The notes under the pieces: generated by a model | Told to the model about the DNA's origin: nothing | Database searches by the model: none | The model's input: the letters and a program-made list of their open reading frames with translations, nothing else | Made by a program: the position numbers and the translations under genes | Assembly (NCBI RefSeq): GCF_004010195.1 | Contig: NC_057718.1 | Coordinates: 43,780,280-43,844,279 of the forward strand | Length of the DNA stretch: 64,000 nucleotides | Reading direction: 5' to 3' | From: Chiloscyllium plagiosum | Taxonomy: Eukaryota | Shown: in pieces, positions 1 through 12,039 of the stretch | Layout of the letters: each line of letters opens with the position of its first letter | Position numbering within the stretch: the stretch's first letter is position 1

Positions 1-548
1 TCAAGAAAAATATGTGTGTTGTCACAAAATTAGTCCCTTTTCTTGCTAAAAGCTGTTCCTTGGCTTAAGGAGACTCCGACCCTGATTTTTGTCAGAGAGG
101 CAATTAACCAGGTTGGACTCCGATCTGTCTGGTGTGGTACAGAGATGAAAAGGATTTTGAGAGGCCTTTTGTTTATATGTAAACAGATGAGACTTCAGGC
201 CAAAGTGGTCATGCTTTAGATGTGACCTGTATAAAGGAAAGGGGAGTGGTCAGCTCTCTAGCTGAGCTGGGCTGAGCACTTTTAGTTCAGGCTTGAACTG
301 GGAAGTTCAACAGGGAGCTGTGTGTAAACTTTCTCTCTTTTCTGCCCTTCAACTTCAACCTGTAAGCATGTGTTCCATTTATACTGGGTTTTAAAGGGAG
401 TTTGCTTACTGGGACTGTTGTATGTATTCAGAACAGCATAATTAAGTCTAGTTGGATAGTAGGATTCTGTAGGGGTTCTTTATTCTGTTCTTTGTGTTTC
501 ATTGTGTACTTTTGTGAATACATTTTTTGTCTGTTTTAAAATCTAGTA

Positions 549-750
549 CTGAAAATGTGTTGCTGGAAAAGCGCAGCAGGTCAGGCAGCATCCAAGGAAC
601 AGGAGAATTGACGTTTCGGGCATAAGCCCTTCTTCAGGAATGCCCAAAATGTCGATTCTCCTGTTCCTTGGATGCTGCCTGACCTGCTGCGCTTTTCCAG
701 CAACACATTTTCAGCTCTGATCTCCGCCATCTGCAGCCCTCACTTTCTCC
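549..750. mobile_element. Penelope-like terminal (pseudo-LTR) hairpin insertion with 14-bp TSD
   Basis: 75-bp inverted arms at 549-623 and 640-714 with 3 mismatches; TTTAAAATCTAGTA duplicated at 535-548 and 751-764. Confidence 0.8.
606..641 (-). ncRNA. Minimal type-I hammerhead ribozyme-like motif in the Penelope terminus
   Basis: Minus strand reads ATTC-CTGAAGA-A-GGGC-TTAT-GCCC-GAAA-CG-TC: CUGAnGA box, 4-bp stem II, GAAA box, palindromic ACGU and a GUC triplet. Confidence 0.6.
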
Positions 751-885
751 TTTAAAATCTAGTAGTAACCTAGCTATCTTATTCCGGGTAATTCACTGTA
801 CACTTACTGAAACAAATTGCAAAGTTAGATCAAGGGCTGCCTGCTTAAAGATGTTTTGAGTGGTCTAGCTGAGTCCATAACAGAT

Positions 886-905
886 TGGGAGCTCTTTGCG
901 GAATT
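886..905 (+). promoter_or_regulatory. Degenerate primer-binding site, tRNA-Pro-like
   Basis: TGGGAGCTCTTTGCGGAATT lies 3 nt after the LTR end and resembles TGGGGGCTCGTCCGGGATT. Confidence 0.55.
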
Positions 906-982
906 TTAAACAGCGAGTGGTAGGTGCTAGTGTCTTTATTTCAGGTGTTGACTTAGTTGGGTAGACAAAGCTTGGGATAGGA

Positions 983-3900
983 ATGGCTCTTTCAGTCGCC
1001 AAAAGATTTCTGGAAGTGGATGTGATGACTTTGGAGGTTTTGCAAGAAGTCAATAAGACCAAGCTGCAGGAATTAGCAGACCAGCGGGGATTAGAACTGC
1101 CTCCTTCTGTGAGGAAAGGAGAGATAAATACAGCAGTAGCTCAGCATTTAAACTTGCTGGCGAAACCATCAGAATCTATAGAGTTGGCAAGAATTCAATT
1201 GCAAATGAAACAGCTTGAGTTAGAGGCGAGAGGTAAGGAAAGGGCAGCAGAAATAAAACAGTTTGAGTTACGATTAAAAGCAAAAGAGAGGGAAAAAGAG
1301 AGCAGAGAAAGAAAAAGAGAGTGATTTTGAACTCCAAAAACTGAGACTTGAAAAGGAAAGTCAGCATAAAAAGCTGGAGATAAAGGCTGAGGATAAGCTC
1401 AGTGAGGAAGTAATGTGAACTCATGTGGAAGAGCAGAGAGTTAAAACAGCAAGGTTAGCAGCTGAAGTGGCTGGTGATTATTTGCTGGTCCATAAAACTT
1501 GGTTTGGCTTTCACTGTCAATTTCAGTCCATGAGGGATAGAAATTAGGGCAAAGAGAAATCCTCATGTGGAAAGGGAAAGGTAGATCTCAGTGAAGATTA
1601 TAAGGATAACTTATCACAGGGTAAAAAAGAAACCCTTGAGGAGTACAAAGAAGTTAAAAGGTTCAAGTGTTTTCATTGTAAAAAAGTGGACCATACAAAA
1701 TCAGTGTTGGTGGGCAAGGAGAAAGCCAGATGTAGGAAAGCAAAAAATTCTGGAAGTTTTGTTGGACTCTTAACAAAAGGCACAAGGAAAGTTAGACAAC
1801 TGCCTCAGAGTGTACAAGATGATCAGCGGTTGATTAAGGAGGAAGTGCCAGATCTGCTTAAAAAATATTCACGCAAGGGTAAAGGTTATTCAAATAGGCC
1901 AGGAGTAATAGGTAAGGAGGTTACAATATTAAAGGACACAGGATCCTCTCAGTCTGTAATGCTAAAGGGTGAGGAGACATGTACTACTGAGCGACTATTG
2001 CCAGAAAAGGTACTGGTAACAGGAATTCATGGTGAGACAAAAAGTGTTCTGTTATGTAAAGTGAGGCTAGAAAGTCCAGAGAAAAGTGGAAAATTTGTGG
2101 TAAGATATTAGACAAACTCTCAGCTCCAGGAATACAATTCATCCTTGCAAATGATATAGCTGATTCACCAGTAGGTGAAAAGCCAGTGGAGATGCAGGCA
2201 ACTGAAGACCTGGAGATGTTTTTCCATCAATTTTCCTTGATTGTGTGATCACAAGATCGCAGAGGGACAAGTTGAAGCAGAAGAGATCAAAAGGCACAGA
2301 TAAGGAAGCTGATATAGTGTTATCCCAAACTTTCTTTGATCAGATAAGTGGATCAGAGAAGTGCAAATAGGTAAACATGCAAGTATCTTTAGCTCCGCTA
2401 AACTGATTGAATTAAAGCAGAAAGCTGAGGAGTTTAAACAGTTATATCAAAAGGCATTTAGAAAGAAAGAAAGTGAATGCATTCCTATGTGTTATTACTT
2501 AATGAGGAAATGGAGACCATCACACATTCAAGCAGATGAGAAATGGGCAGAGATTCATCAAACTGTTTTGCAAGTAGGGTATAGAAAGGAGGTACTGCGT
2601 GAGCGTATGAGCTGCCACTTGGAGTTCATTTAAGGGTGAGGAAAACGCAAGCTGTAGTTGAATTTTGCAAGACGTCATACATGTCAGCAAATCGGAAGTA
2701 TTTAAACACATGATTTACCTTTAATACCTATTCTAGCATTTGAGGAACCTTTCACAAGAGTCTTGATTGATTGCATAGGACCCCTACCTCAAACAAAAAG
2801 TGGGAATAAGTATTTATTAACAATAATGGATGTGTTGACTAGATTTCTATAGGCAATTCCATTATGCAGCATCAAGGCTAAAAGAGTTGTAGAAGAATTA
2901 CTTAAATTTTTTACTAGATACAGGCTACCAACAGAGATTCAGTCAGAGCAAGGATCCAACTTTACATCCAAACTATTCAAGGAGGTTATGGATAACTTTG
3001 AAATGAAGCAGTTCAAATCTACTCCGAACCACCCGGAATCGCAGGGACCGCTAGAGAGATGGCATCAAAAACTAAAGACGATGTTGAAGGCTTATGGTCA
3101 GGATTACCCAGATGATTGGGATAAGGGAATCCCGTTTTTACTTTTTGTGATCAGAGATGCACCAAATGCATCAAAAGAATTGGCCAAATTCCGTCCATTT
3201 GAATTAATTTTTGGGGATGAAGTAAGAGGACTGTTAAAATTGATTAAGGAGAAATTAATAAGTCAGAATTCAGAGACCACCTATTTGGAATATGTGCCAA
3301 ATTTTAGAGGACAATCAAATAGAGCTGGAGAGTTGATTGGACAGCATTTAAAAGTATTACAGCATACAATGAAACAAGAAGTGGATAAGAAATTACAAAT
3401 TCGCAGTGTTACAATTTGGGATAAGGTATTGGTGTTACTTTTGGTAACAGGTGAGCCTTTAAAAGCAAGGTTTAATGAACCTTATCAAATTAAGAAGAAA
3501 TTGAGTGAGGTGAACTACTTAATAAGGCCTCCAGACAGGAAGAAATCTCACAGAGTGTGTCATGTGAATAGGCTCAAAAGGTATTTTGATAGGGAAGGAA
3601 AGCAAAAGGAGAAGGTGTTAATGATTACAGCACAGAAGGAAGAACCAAGTTCAGAGGAATCTGAATTGAACATTCCTCAAATCAAATTGGACAATGAGGA
3701 AGTTGTCAAAAATTGGGATAAATTATTGAGTTAGTGTTAGGTAAGGGGTAAATGTAGGGGTACGGGTGGGTTTCGCTTCGGCGGGTCGGTGTGGACTTGT
3801 TGGGCCGAAGGGCCTGTTTCCACACTGTAATGTAATCTAATCTAATCTAATCTAAAAATAATCTAATCTAAAACCAAGTTCAGAGGAATCTGAATTGGAC

Positions 3901-4610
3901 ATTCCTCAAATCAAATTGGACAATGAGGAAGTTGTCAAAAATTGGGATAAATTATTGTGTTACCTTCCACAAGAAAATCAAGATGGTGATTTTTTAGTTA
4001 CTCATGGAAGGGACATTTACAGCATTTATTGGACTTGTTTGATCGACTTTGGAAGGCAGGCTTGGGGTAAACCTAGTTAAAAGTGAATTTGCCAAAGCCC
4101 AAGTCACCTTCCTGGGCCATGTCATTGAACATGGATAAGTGGCCCCACGGGATGCGAAACCAAAAGTAATTGAGGAATTTCCCACACTGTCAACAAAGAA
4201 AGCAGTACTACAGTTCCTGGGGATTGAGTGGATTTTACTGAAAGTTTGTGCCAAACTTTAGCAGCGTGGCTGCTCCACTCACCGAATTGTTAAAAAAGGG
4301 CAAGAAGTTTCAGTGGACAGTGGACTGTCAGAAGGTATTTGACAGTCTAAAAACTATGTTAATCACTACCCCAGTGTTAGCCGCACTGGATTACATGAAG
4401 CTTTTCAAGGTGGCTATTGATGCCAGTGATGTGGGTGTCGGTGCAGTGCTCCTGCAGGAGGATAAAGAAGGAATAGAAAGACCCATCGGGTATTTTTCCA
4501 GGAAGTTGAACATTCATCAACAGAAATATTCAACAGTGGAGAAAGAGACTTTAAACTTGATATTGGTATTACAACATTACAGTGTTTAAATTACCAGCAA
4601 TGCATCTAAG
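983..4610 (+). mobile_element. Decayed Gmr1-like Gypsy gag-pol (gag, zinc knuckle, protease, integrase, partial RT, RNase H)
   Basis: CFHCKKVDH knuckle near 1667; ILKDTGSSQS protease near 1926; integrase IDCIGPLP..IQSEQGSNF..HPESQGPLERWH at 2760-3065; RT C-terminus near 3985-4240; RNase H IDASDVGVGAVLLQ..YFSRKL at 4415-4510. Many stops and frameshifts. Confidence 0.92.
3734..3871 (+). mobile_element. 5'-truncated HE1/V-type SINE with (TCTAA)n tail
   Basis: GGACTTGTTGGGCCGAAGGGCCTGTTTCCACACTGTA plus (TCTAA)n; flanked by a 91-bp direct duplication at 3643-3733 and 3872-3962. Confidence 0.85.
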
Positions 4611-4619
4611 CCTTTTGTA

Positions 4620-7600
4620 CAAAAGCGAAGTTAAGTCCATAGTACAACTTGATCATCAATATCCCTGCAGGTTGCTCTATTATGAGTGGGACATACATAA
4701 GATCAAATTCAGTTCAGTTAAAAACCTATACTGGTAACGTGGTGGAAAGGTGTTGTCAAACGGAGTGCAATTTCCAACATAAAGACAAGTCACTTGAGTT
4801 ACCAGTTGTATAGCAAGATACATCAACAAATCAATGTTAATGGGAATAGAGTGATTTCAAAAGCCAAATGTAGACTTAAAGCATGGTTCCTAAACTGAGA
4901 AGACTAAGAAACTTGATCGGTTACTGACAAGATGTCGCAATATTTTCAAGGACAGCAATAAAGGTATAATTGGTATGGAACTGCACCTCTGACTGAGGTT
5001 TGGTGCAAAGCCAGACAATTTTCTTATCCTGTTAAAACCTGCGTTCGAGAAACTGAAGAGGCTAGAAAACTGAAACCAGCTCAATATGATTGAGAGAGCT
5101 AATGGTGTCACATGGTAATAGACATATGGGTTTACTCATACATCAATGAGCCTATTGGTTATGCATTTTCCAAAAGTCTTTAAAACTACATTGAGAGAAA
5201 TTTTGCATGGAGTGCTGCATAGCTTATGTAATCAGGAAGATGTATTGATTAAGACTACAGCAGAGGGAGATAATCTTCAAGTGTTGATGAAGTGCAAAAA
5301 AAGACTCAGTGATCACAATGTAAAGTCAAAAATAAGCTAGTTTGCTTGAGTGCAAACTGAGACAGTGTACTTTTGCAGGTAAATCATTGAAAAGGGGCTA
5401 CAGCTTATGAGAGGCTTTATTTGTCTTTGGGCACTAACTAATGTGCCTGAGTTTCAGTCTTTTCCAGGTATAGTACAATATTTCTCTCTATTTTCACCTG
5501 AGCTTGCAACACTGTAAGCTCCACTATATGGGCACAATAGAAATGGGGAGATTATTCAAGGACCAGCTACTGCGGGTCCTTGATAAGTATGTACCGGTCA
5601 GGCAGGGAGGAAGTTGTTGAGTGCGGGAGCTGTAGTTTACTAAGGAAGTTAAATGTCTTGTTAAGAGGAAGAAGAAGGCTTGTGTTAGGATGAGATGTGA
5701 TGACTCAGTTAGGGTGCTTGAGAGTTACAAGTTAGCCAGGAAAGACCTAATGAGAGAGCTAAGAAGAGCCAGGAGGGGACAAGAGAAGTTGTTGACAGAT
5801 AGGATTAAGGAAAATCCTAAGGCTTTCTATAGGTATATCAGGAAGAAAAGAATGACTAGAGTAAGGTTAGGGCCAATCAAGTGGTTGATGTTGTGTATAT
5901 GGATTTCAGTAAGGCATTTGATAAGATTCCCCATGATAGACTATTGCACAAAATATGGAGGCATGGGATTGAGGGTGATTTAACGGTTTGGATCAGAAAT
6001 TGGCTAGCTGAAAGAAGAAAGAGGGTGGTGGTTGATGGGAAATGTTCATCCTGGAGTTTGGTTACTATTGGTATACCACAGGGATCTGTTTTGAGACCAG
6101 TGCTGTTTGTCATTTTTATAAGTGACCTGGATGTGGGCATTTAAGGATGGGTTAGTAAATTTGTGGATGACACCAAGGTCAGTAGAGTTGTGGATAGTGA
6201 GGAAGGATATTGTAGATTACAGAGAGACATAGATAAACTGCAGAGCTGGGCTGAGAGGTGACAAATGGAGTTTAATGTGAAAAAGTTTGAGGTGATTCAC
6301 TTTGGAAGGAGTAACAGGAATGCAGTGAACTCGGCTAATGGTAAGATTCTTGGTAGTGTAGATGAGCAGAGAGATCTCGGTGTCCAGGTACATAGATCCT
6401 TGAAAGTTGCCACACGGGTTGATAGAATTGTTTAGAGAGCATACAGTGTGTTAGCTTTTATTTGTAGAGGTATTGAGTTTTGGAACCATGAGATCATGCT
6501 TCAGCTGCACAAACTTTGGTGCGGCCACATTTAGAGTATTGTGTACAGTTCTGGTCACCACATTATAGGAAGGATGTGGAAGCTTTGGAAAGGGTTCAGA
6601 GGAGATTTACCAGAGTGTTGCCTGGTATGGAAGGTAGGTCTTATGAGGAAAGGCTGAGGGAATTAAAGTTCCTTTCGTTAGAGAGAAGAAGGTTGAGAGG
6701 TGACTTAATTGAGACATATAAGACAATCAGAGGGTACAATAGGTTGGACAGTGAGAACATTTTTCCTCAAATGATAATGGCTAGCACGAGGGGACATAAT
6801 TTTAAATTGAGGGATGACAGATATAGGACAAATGTCAGAGGTAGTTTCTTTACTCAGAGTAGTAGGGGCATGGATTTCAGTAAGGCATTTGATAAGGTTC
6901 CCCATGGTAGGCTATTGCACAAAATATGGAGGCATGGGATTGAGGGTGATTTAATGGTTTGGATCAGAAATTGGCTAGCTGAAAGAAGAAAGAGGGTGGT
7001 GGTTAATGGGAAATGTTCATCCTGGAGTTTGGTTACTAGTGGTATACCACAGGGATCTACCTGCAACAGTAGTAGACTCGCCAACTTTAAGGGCATTTAA
7101 ATGGTCATTGGTTAGGCATATGGATGAGAATGGAATAGTGTAGTTTAGATGGGCTTCAGATTGGTTCCACAGATCGGTGCAACATCGAGGGTTGAAGTTT
7201 TTGTATTGTGCTGTAATGTTCTATGTTCTATATGAATTGTTGAAGAAAGACCTGAAATATGAATAGTCCAAAGCATAACAAGGTATTTATGATACATATA
7301 TGGAAAGATTTACCAGTGATACATTACTCATTCATTACAAGCAGAAGTTACCTTGTGATGGTTGGAACCATAGTGTTGGAGCAGTGATCAGTCATGTCAT
7401 TAATGATGGTCAAGAGAAGACCATGGAGAATTCACATCTCAATGTATAAATGCAAATATACACAGAAAGAAAATGAAGTACTTGTGGTCAGCTTTAAAAT
7501 CAAAGTATTTCATCAGTTTCTGTTGAGTAGAAACTTTGTGCTAGTACAGGTCATAAACCTGTAATTGCTATTCTGGGAGAAAGTGTACAATCTCAACAAT

Positions 7601-7700
7601 GGCATCATCAAGAATGCAGTGGTGTGCTGTGCTCACATTGTGCATCTCTAACTTTGAAGATCACAGTTCAAAGAAAGAATTCCATTGTTGTAGCACTGTT
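4620..7700 (+). mobile_element. Second, older Gypsy pol relic, split by a CR1 insertion
   Basis: LKTYTG near 4718; degenerate RT near 5200-5250; FQSFPGIVQY near 5455; APLY/ELLKKD joined across the CR1; RNase H VGAVISHV near 7375; HKPVIAIL and SRMQW at 7550-7620. Confidence 0.75.
5531..7227 (+). mobile_element. 5'-truncated CR1-clade LINE (ORF2 RT, 3' UTR, (GTTCTAT)n tail)
   Basis: [42 protein letters not shown] and RRLRGDLIE motifs; CTATATG TSD at 5524-5530 and 7228-7234; internal deletion near 5880. Confidence 0.95.
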
Positions 7701-7724
7701 TGGAAGCACTGTCATATACCTTTC

Positions 7725-8020
7725 ATGCGGACTCAAAGTAATCACAGTCCCGGCACATCTCTGCAGGAGTTCCTCAGAGTAGTGACCTAAGCTTTAGCTG
7801 TTTCATCAGTGACCTTCCCTCCATCATAAGGTCAGAAGTGAGGATTGTTGCACAATTTTCACACCATTCTCAACTCCTTAGACACTGTAACAGTCCATGT
7901 TCAATTGCAGCAAGACCTGAACAATATCCAAGCTTGGGCTGAAAAGTGGTAAGTAACATTCACATGAACAAATGGCAGGTAATGACCATCTCCAATAAGA
8001 GAGCATATAACCACTGCCCA
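7725..8020 (+). mobile_element. Non-LTR LINE RT fragment (same family as 19415-20130 and 33400-34340)
   Basis: GVPQS..FISDLPSIIRSEV..LQQDLNNIQAWAEKW..QVMTIS. Confidence 0.75.
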
Positions 8021-8590
8021 CTTTTCTGCATTTTCCCCATAACCTCTGATCAAGAATCTGTCTATCTCAGCCTTAAATTTACACAAGGACTCTGGCTCCA
8101 CAGCTGTTTGTGGCAAGGAGTTTCAAAGAATCACAACTCTCTGAGAGAAGAAATTTTTCCTCATCTCAATTTTAAATTGGTACCCCTTTATTCTGAGACT
8201 GTATGGTGACCAGCCTGAATGCAATACTCCAGATGTGGCCCAAACAAAGTTCTGTACAGCTCCAAGATGACCTCTCTGCTCTTCTAATCTATGTCATGAC
8301 TGATAAAGACAAGTGTCCCCTATATCATCTTAATTGCTCTATTAAGCTTTTCTGCTTTTTCAGGGATCCCTGGACAAGCAGCCTAAAAGCTTTCTGAGCT
8401 TCCTACTGTCTTGCTCTTCATTGAATATACTCTTGTTTGTTCCTTCTTCCAAAGTAAATCACTTCACACTTGTCAGGGTTAAATTCCATCTGCCACTGAT
8501 TTTCCCGTCTGGCCAATCTGTTTATATCCATCTGTAACCTAATACCGTCCTCCTCACTGTCAGCCACCTAGCCAATGCAGATGTTATCTT
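8020..8590 (-). mobile_element. CR1-clade LINE fragments
   Basis: Minus strand shows FKAEIDRFL, PHLEYCIQ and WQMEFNPDKCEVIYFG. Confidence 0.75.
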
Positions 8591-9480
8591 GACTCTGAGG
8601 ACCCCGTACAAGTTCCAGTCCTGGACTTGTTAGCTGTGTGATAATCCAGCCTCTGGCAAAGGAAAGCTAGTCCTCAGACCGTTTAAATAGGAAAGGTAAG
8701 ATGTAGGAAGAATATCCAACTAAACAAAAACCTGCGAAGTTCAAAAAAGTAATTGTTGATAGGAAGAAGTAATCAATATCATTGTGGTAAACTTGTAGAA
8801 TAGGAAATGTCATTAAAGAAACAACTTTGTGTGATGCTTTTCTTATTCTCCATGCATCTCATAGCACCCCAATGCCATTCAATAGTTTGTCGATAACATA
8901 AAAGCCAGTTAGTACATAGCAAGGTTCCATAAACAATAAGTAAGGAAAGTAAGCAGTTAATTTCTGATTGAAGGTTGCATATTGCCCAAGAACTAAGGAT
9001 GATCCATGCTTTTCTTCAAATCACTAGGATTTTCACCTGTATCTGACAGGGCCAAATATGCAGGACCTTAGATAATTGTTACCTTGAAAGAGTGTCTCTG
9101 AGAATTTGGCACTTAAATTGTGAAGTGGCATTTGAAATCACAGCCTCTGATATGGAGATGAATGTGAATCTTCCTCATTCCTTCTGTTTTCATAGGTTAT
9201 GTGTTTTGCAAATTATTTTGGCAAGAAATGTTTTTGTACTGTACTGGCTATAAAGACAAATAAAACATATTGCACAGAAATCCAAAATTACTAATTGAGA
9301 CATTGTTGTAGTCACACTTAGCAGCAACTAATACAATGTTTCATTTTCTGTGTTGAGCAGAAGATTTTTTTTTCTAATGGTTCTAATATTTGGTTCACAG
9401 TATGAAGAGAGACTGAAGAGCTTTGGTTAAGATAAAAATGATGGATATATTTTACCTGTTTATCATAATTTATTTCCAAG

Positions 9481-9683
9481 GTTTTGGTGAATGTATAGGA
9501 GACATTAAATTTGCAAACGACGTTGTTATACACTTGGCGGCTGCATCCACTAATGTGTCATTGTCAATCTGGATGGATGCTTATCATCTGACAGGATTGG
9601 TAACTGCAAAGAAAATAACTTCATTGTTGTATACACCAGGAAGGAACATGTATATGATAACGGTTTGCATCCATATTTTACTG
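9481..9683 (+). pseudogene. USH2A: USH2A exon relic (about human exon 28), frameshifted, donor lost
   Basis: Acceptor ttccaag at 9474-9480. Reads GFGECIGDIKFANDVVIHLAAASTN, then a 1-nt loss near 9555, then VIVNLDGCLSSDRIGNCKENNFIVVYTRKEHVYDNGLHPY (human GFGGCMKDVKF..VRVNLDGCLSTDSAVNCRGNDSILVY). No GT at the expected end; the 3' boundary is approximate. Confidence 0.9.
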
Positions 9684-9758
9684 AACCTTTTCACACTAAT
9701 TTTTCATACAGATTTTTCAGTACTAACTTCCAACATATAATATGTAACATGCTATTCT

Positions 9759-9835
9759 TATGAACAGAGTTATTGCAACAAATGATTAAGGCTTAATATC
9801 GGGTCTTTTGGAGCGAGGGCATGCAACATAAGAAG
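9759..9835 (+). pseudogene. USH2A: USH2A exon relic (about human exon 29) with two in-frame stops
   Basis: RVIATND*GLISGLLERGHAT*E aligns without gaps to human RVIASHEGGSVYSDWSRGRTTGA. TAA at 9787 and 9829; phase-1 donor GTAAAT at 9836; acceptor not recognisable. Confidence 0.8.
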
Positions 9836-9971
9836 GTAAATTATGACTTTTTAACCTCTTCATAATCTTGAAAAATCTATTTCAAAAGATTGGTGAGCAG
9901 TTAAGAAAAAAAGTGCTTTCCCTTAAATGATTGTTTCAACAACTAAACACTAAATATACACCATTAATTTG

Positions 9972-10188
9972 CAAGTCCAAAGATGTGCAGGAATAGGTGG
10001 ATTTGCCATGCTAAATTGCCCATGGTGTCCAGGAATGTGCAGGCTAGATGGATTAGCTATGGAAAATGAGGGGTTACAGAGATAGGGTAGAAGGGAGCTG
10101 GAACCGATGCTTTTTGGCGGGTCAGTGTAGACTCTATGGGCCGAATGGCCTGCTTCCACACTGCAGGGATTCTGTGATGATTCTATGA
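9972..10188 (+). mobile_element. HE1/V-type SINE, 3' part
   Basis: AGTCCAAAGATGTGCAGG..GCCATGCTAAATTGCCC..GGGCCGAATGGCCTGCTTCCACACTG with a (GATTCTAT)-like tail. Confidence 0.8.
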
Positions 10189-11619
10189 ATCCTGAAATGA
10201 TCAATCCTTTATTTTTAAACGGGGTGTTAACATCTTTGTTCCAATTTTAGAAATTTCAGAAACAACTGAAAACTTGAGATTCATTGCTGGCAAAGTTACA
10301 CTGGTTGGTTGTAGGTATTTAATAATATGTTTCAATAGGATAAAATTTCCCAAACATCCATTCGGCTATTTCTATTAGAAGCATTAGTGCTATCACTGAG
10401 CAAAGTTAGCAAACATATTTCTGAAACATAAGTAGCTACAAATGTCTTTGAAATAGGTTGTTGGCTTGTGTGTTGGTTCTCTGCATGTCATCAAAGGAAA
10501 ACTGGCTTCATTCTTGGTTAAGGTAAAGAGCACATTTTACAAATTTAACAGTTAATGGAAATATCGTCAATGTGATTTCCTGTACTGGCTTTGAATGCTT
10601 AAGGAGGTTTGGTAGCAATTTTCCAGATTTTTATTCTTTTTTTACCTTTGTTTTTTTTTTCTTTCTGTTTTCAGGGGATTAAATGGGAGTTTGAAAGTGT
10701 CTAAGCATCAATGCTTCAGGCAACATTAACGTGGAACAGGCTTGGTGGATCAGCTGATCTTTTCTCCGCTTGCTATTTGGAGTATATGTTTAAGAAAGAA
10801 AAATCAGAAGGGGGAGTAACTTGGTTAGGAAAATATGCTTTCACCTGGAGACAGGCTAAAACTCACTGCTTGAAAGGGTAGCAGAAACCTTTGACACCTT
10901 GAAAAGGATGTATATTTGCATTTGAAGTCCCATAATGCCAATGATACAAACCACATGCTGGATAGCGGGATTAGGTTGCATATTCAAGTTGTCAATGGGC
11001 ACAGACACAATGGGCAATGTGGCCATCATTTTGTGCCAGGAACATTTCTACCTTTTTAAACACTCTAAATATCTGAAGAGGGATATGTCCAAGATAGTGA
11101 CGTAGGGAAATACCTTCTTAAAATAGTTAACATGAACTCAATGGGTTGAATAGTTGCCTTCCACATTGCAACAAATCTACAATTTTTGTACATTTGTTTG
11201 AGTTGATTACAAACCTCAAACCTCTACTTACTGATTATACCAATGTTGGAATCAGCATTCATATACTCAATTAGAATCTGTCTGGTCTAAAATCCGTGAA
11301 CGTGCCACTTTTAGAAAACCTTAATGTCATGTTAAAGTAAGTAAGAATTGAGTTTGTATTGTGCCACTCACAATTTAAGTATGTCCCAATATACTTTAAA
11401 ATTCACAATTCACCAAGGTTTCTTCAAAAACACCTTCCAAACCCATAATGTCTACAATGTAAAAGGACAATGGATACTGATGCGTGGGAGCACCGTCCGT
11501 GTGACGTATGATCCTGACCTGAATATATATCACCCATTCCTTCGTTGCCATTTGGACAAGATCCTGAAATTATCTATCATCATTCACCATGTGGACCACA
11601 GGGCAGATGCTTAATTTTG

Positions 11620-11932
11620 TGGGAGAAGTTAGAAATAGGGATCGTTGTTTAAAAATAAGGGTTTGTGCATTTCAGATGGAAATGAGAAGCTTTTTTGCCC
11701 TCACACAGTCATGAGCCTTTGGAACTCTCTTCATTAAAATGGTTGAAACAGGGTCTTTGAATATTTTCAGCCGGGTTAGATATATTATTGGTAAGCAAAG
11801 GAGTGAAAGGTAGTGAGGGTGTAGGTGGGAGAGTAGTGTAATCTGACTCAGCCAGGATATATTTAATGGTGGAGCAGGTTTGAGAGTCTTTGCAGCCTCA
11901 TCCTGCTCCTGATTTGTATGTTCATATGTATG
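11620..11932 (+). mobile_element. CR1-clade LINE 3' end
   Basis: KIRVCAFQMEMRSFF..LWNSL C-terminal motif, 3' hairpin and (TATG)-like tail. Confidence 0.65.
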
Positions 11933-12039
11933 TACAGTCATTCAAAATGCAGCTCACCAGCCCCTTCTCAAGGGCTTTTGGGAAGGGGTAGTAAGTGCTG
12001 ATCTTGTTAGTGACAACGATATCCCAAGAATTAAATTTA

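Larger units (their letters stand above)
1..882 (+). mobile_element. 5' LTR (partial) of a Gypsy/Gmr1-like retrotransposon
   Basis: Ends in ...CCATAACA at 882, followed by a PBS-like sequence and the gag start. TATAAAA near 229. Interrupted by a hairpin element at 549-750. Confidence 0.7.

Noticed and set aside
549..714. miRNA precursor or MITE
   Set aside because: The stem is asymmetric within the insertion, the TSD is 14 bp, and the same terminus is joined to a Penelope-type RT at 61228.
2988..7100. Functional integrase or RT genes
   Set aside because: ORFs are fragments with stops, frameshifts and deletions; the Gypsy RT core is missing.
9423..9740. 105-aa ORF as a standalone gene
   Set aside because: It is intron sequence plus the frameshifted USH2A exon relic read partly out of frame.
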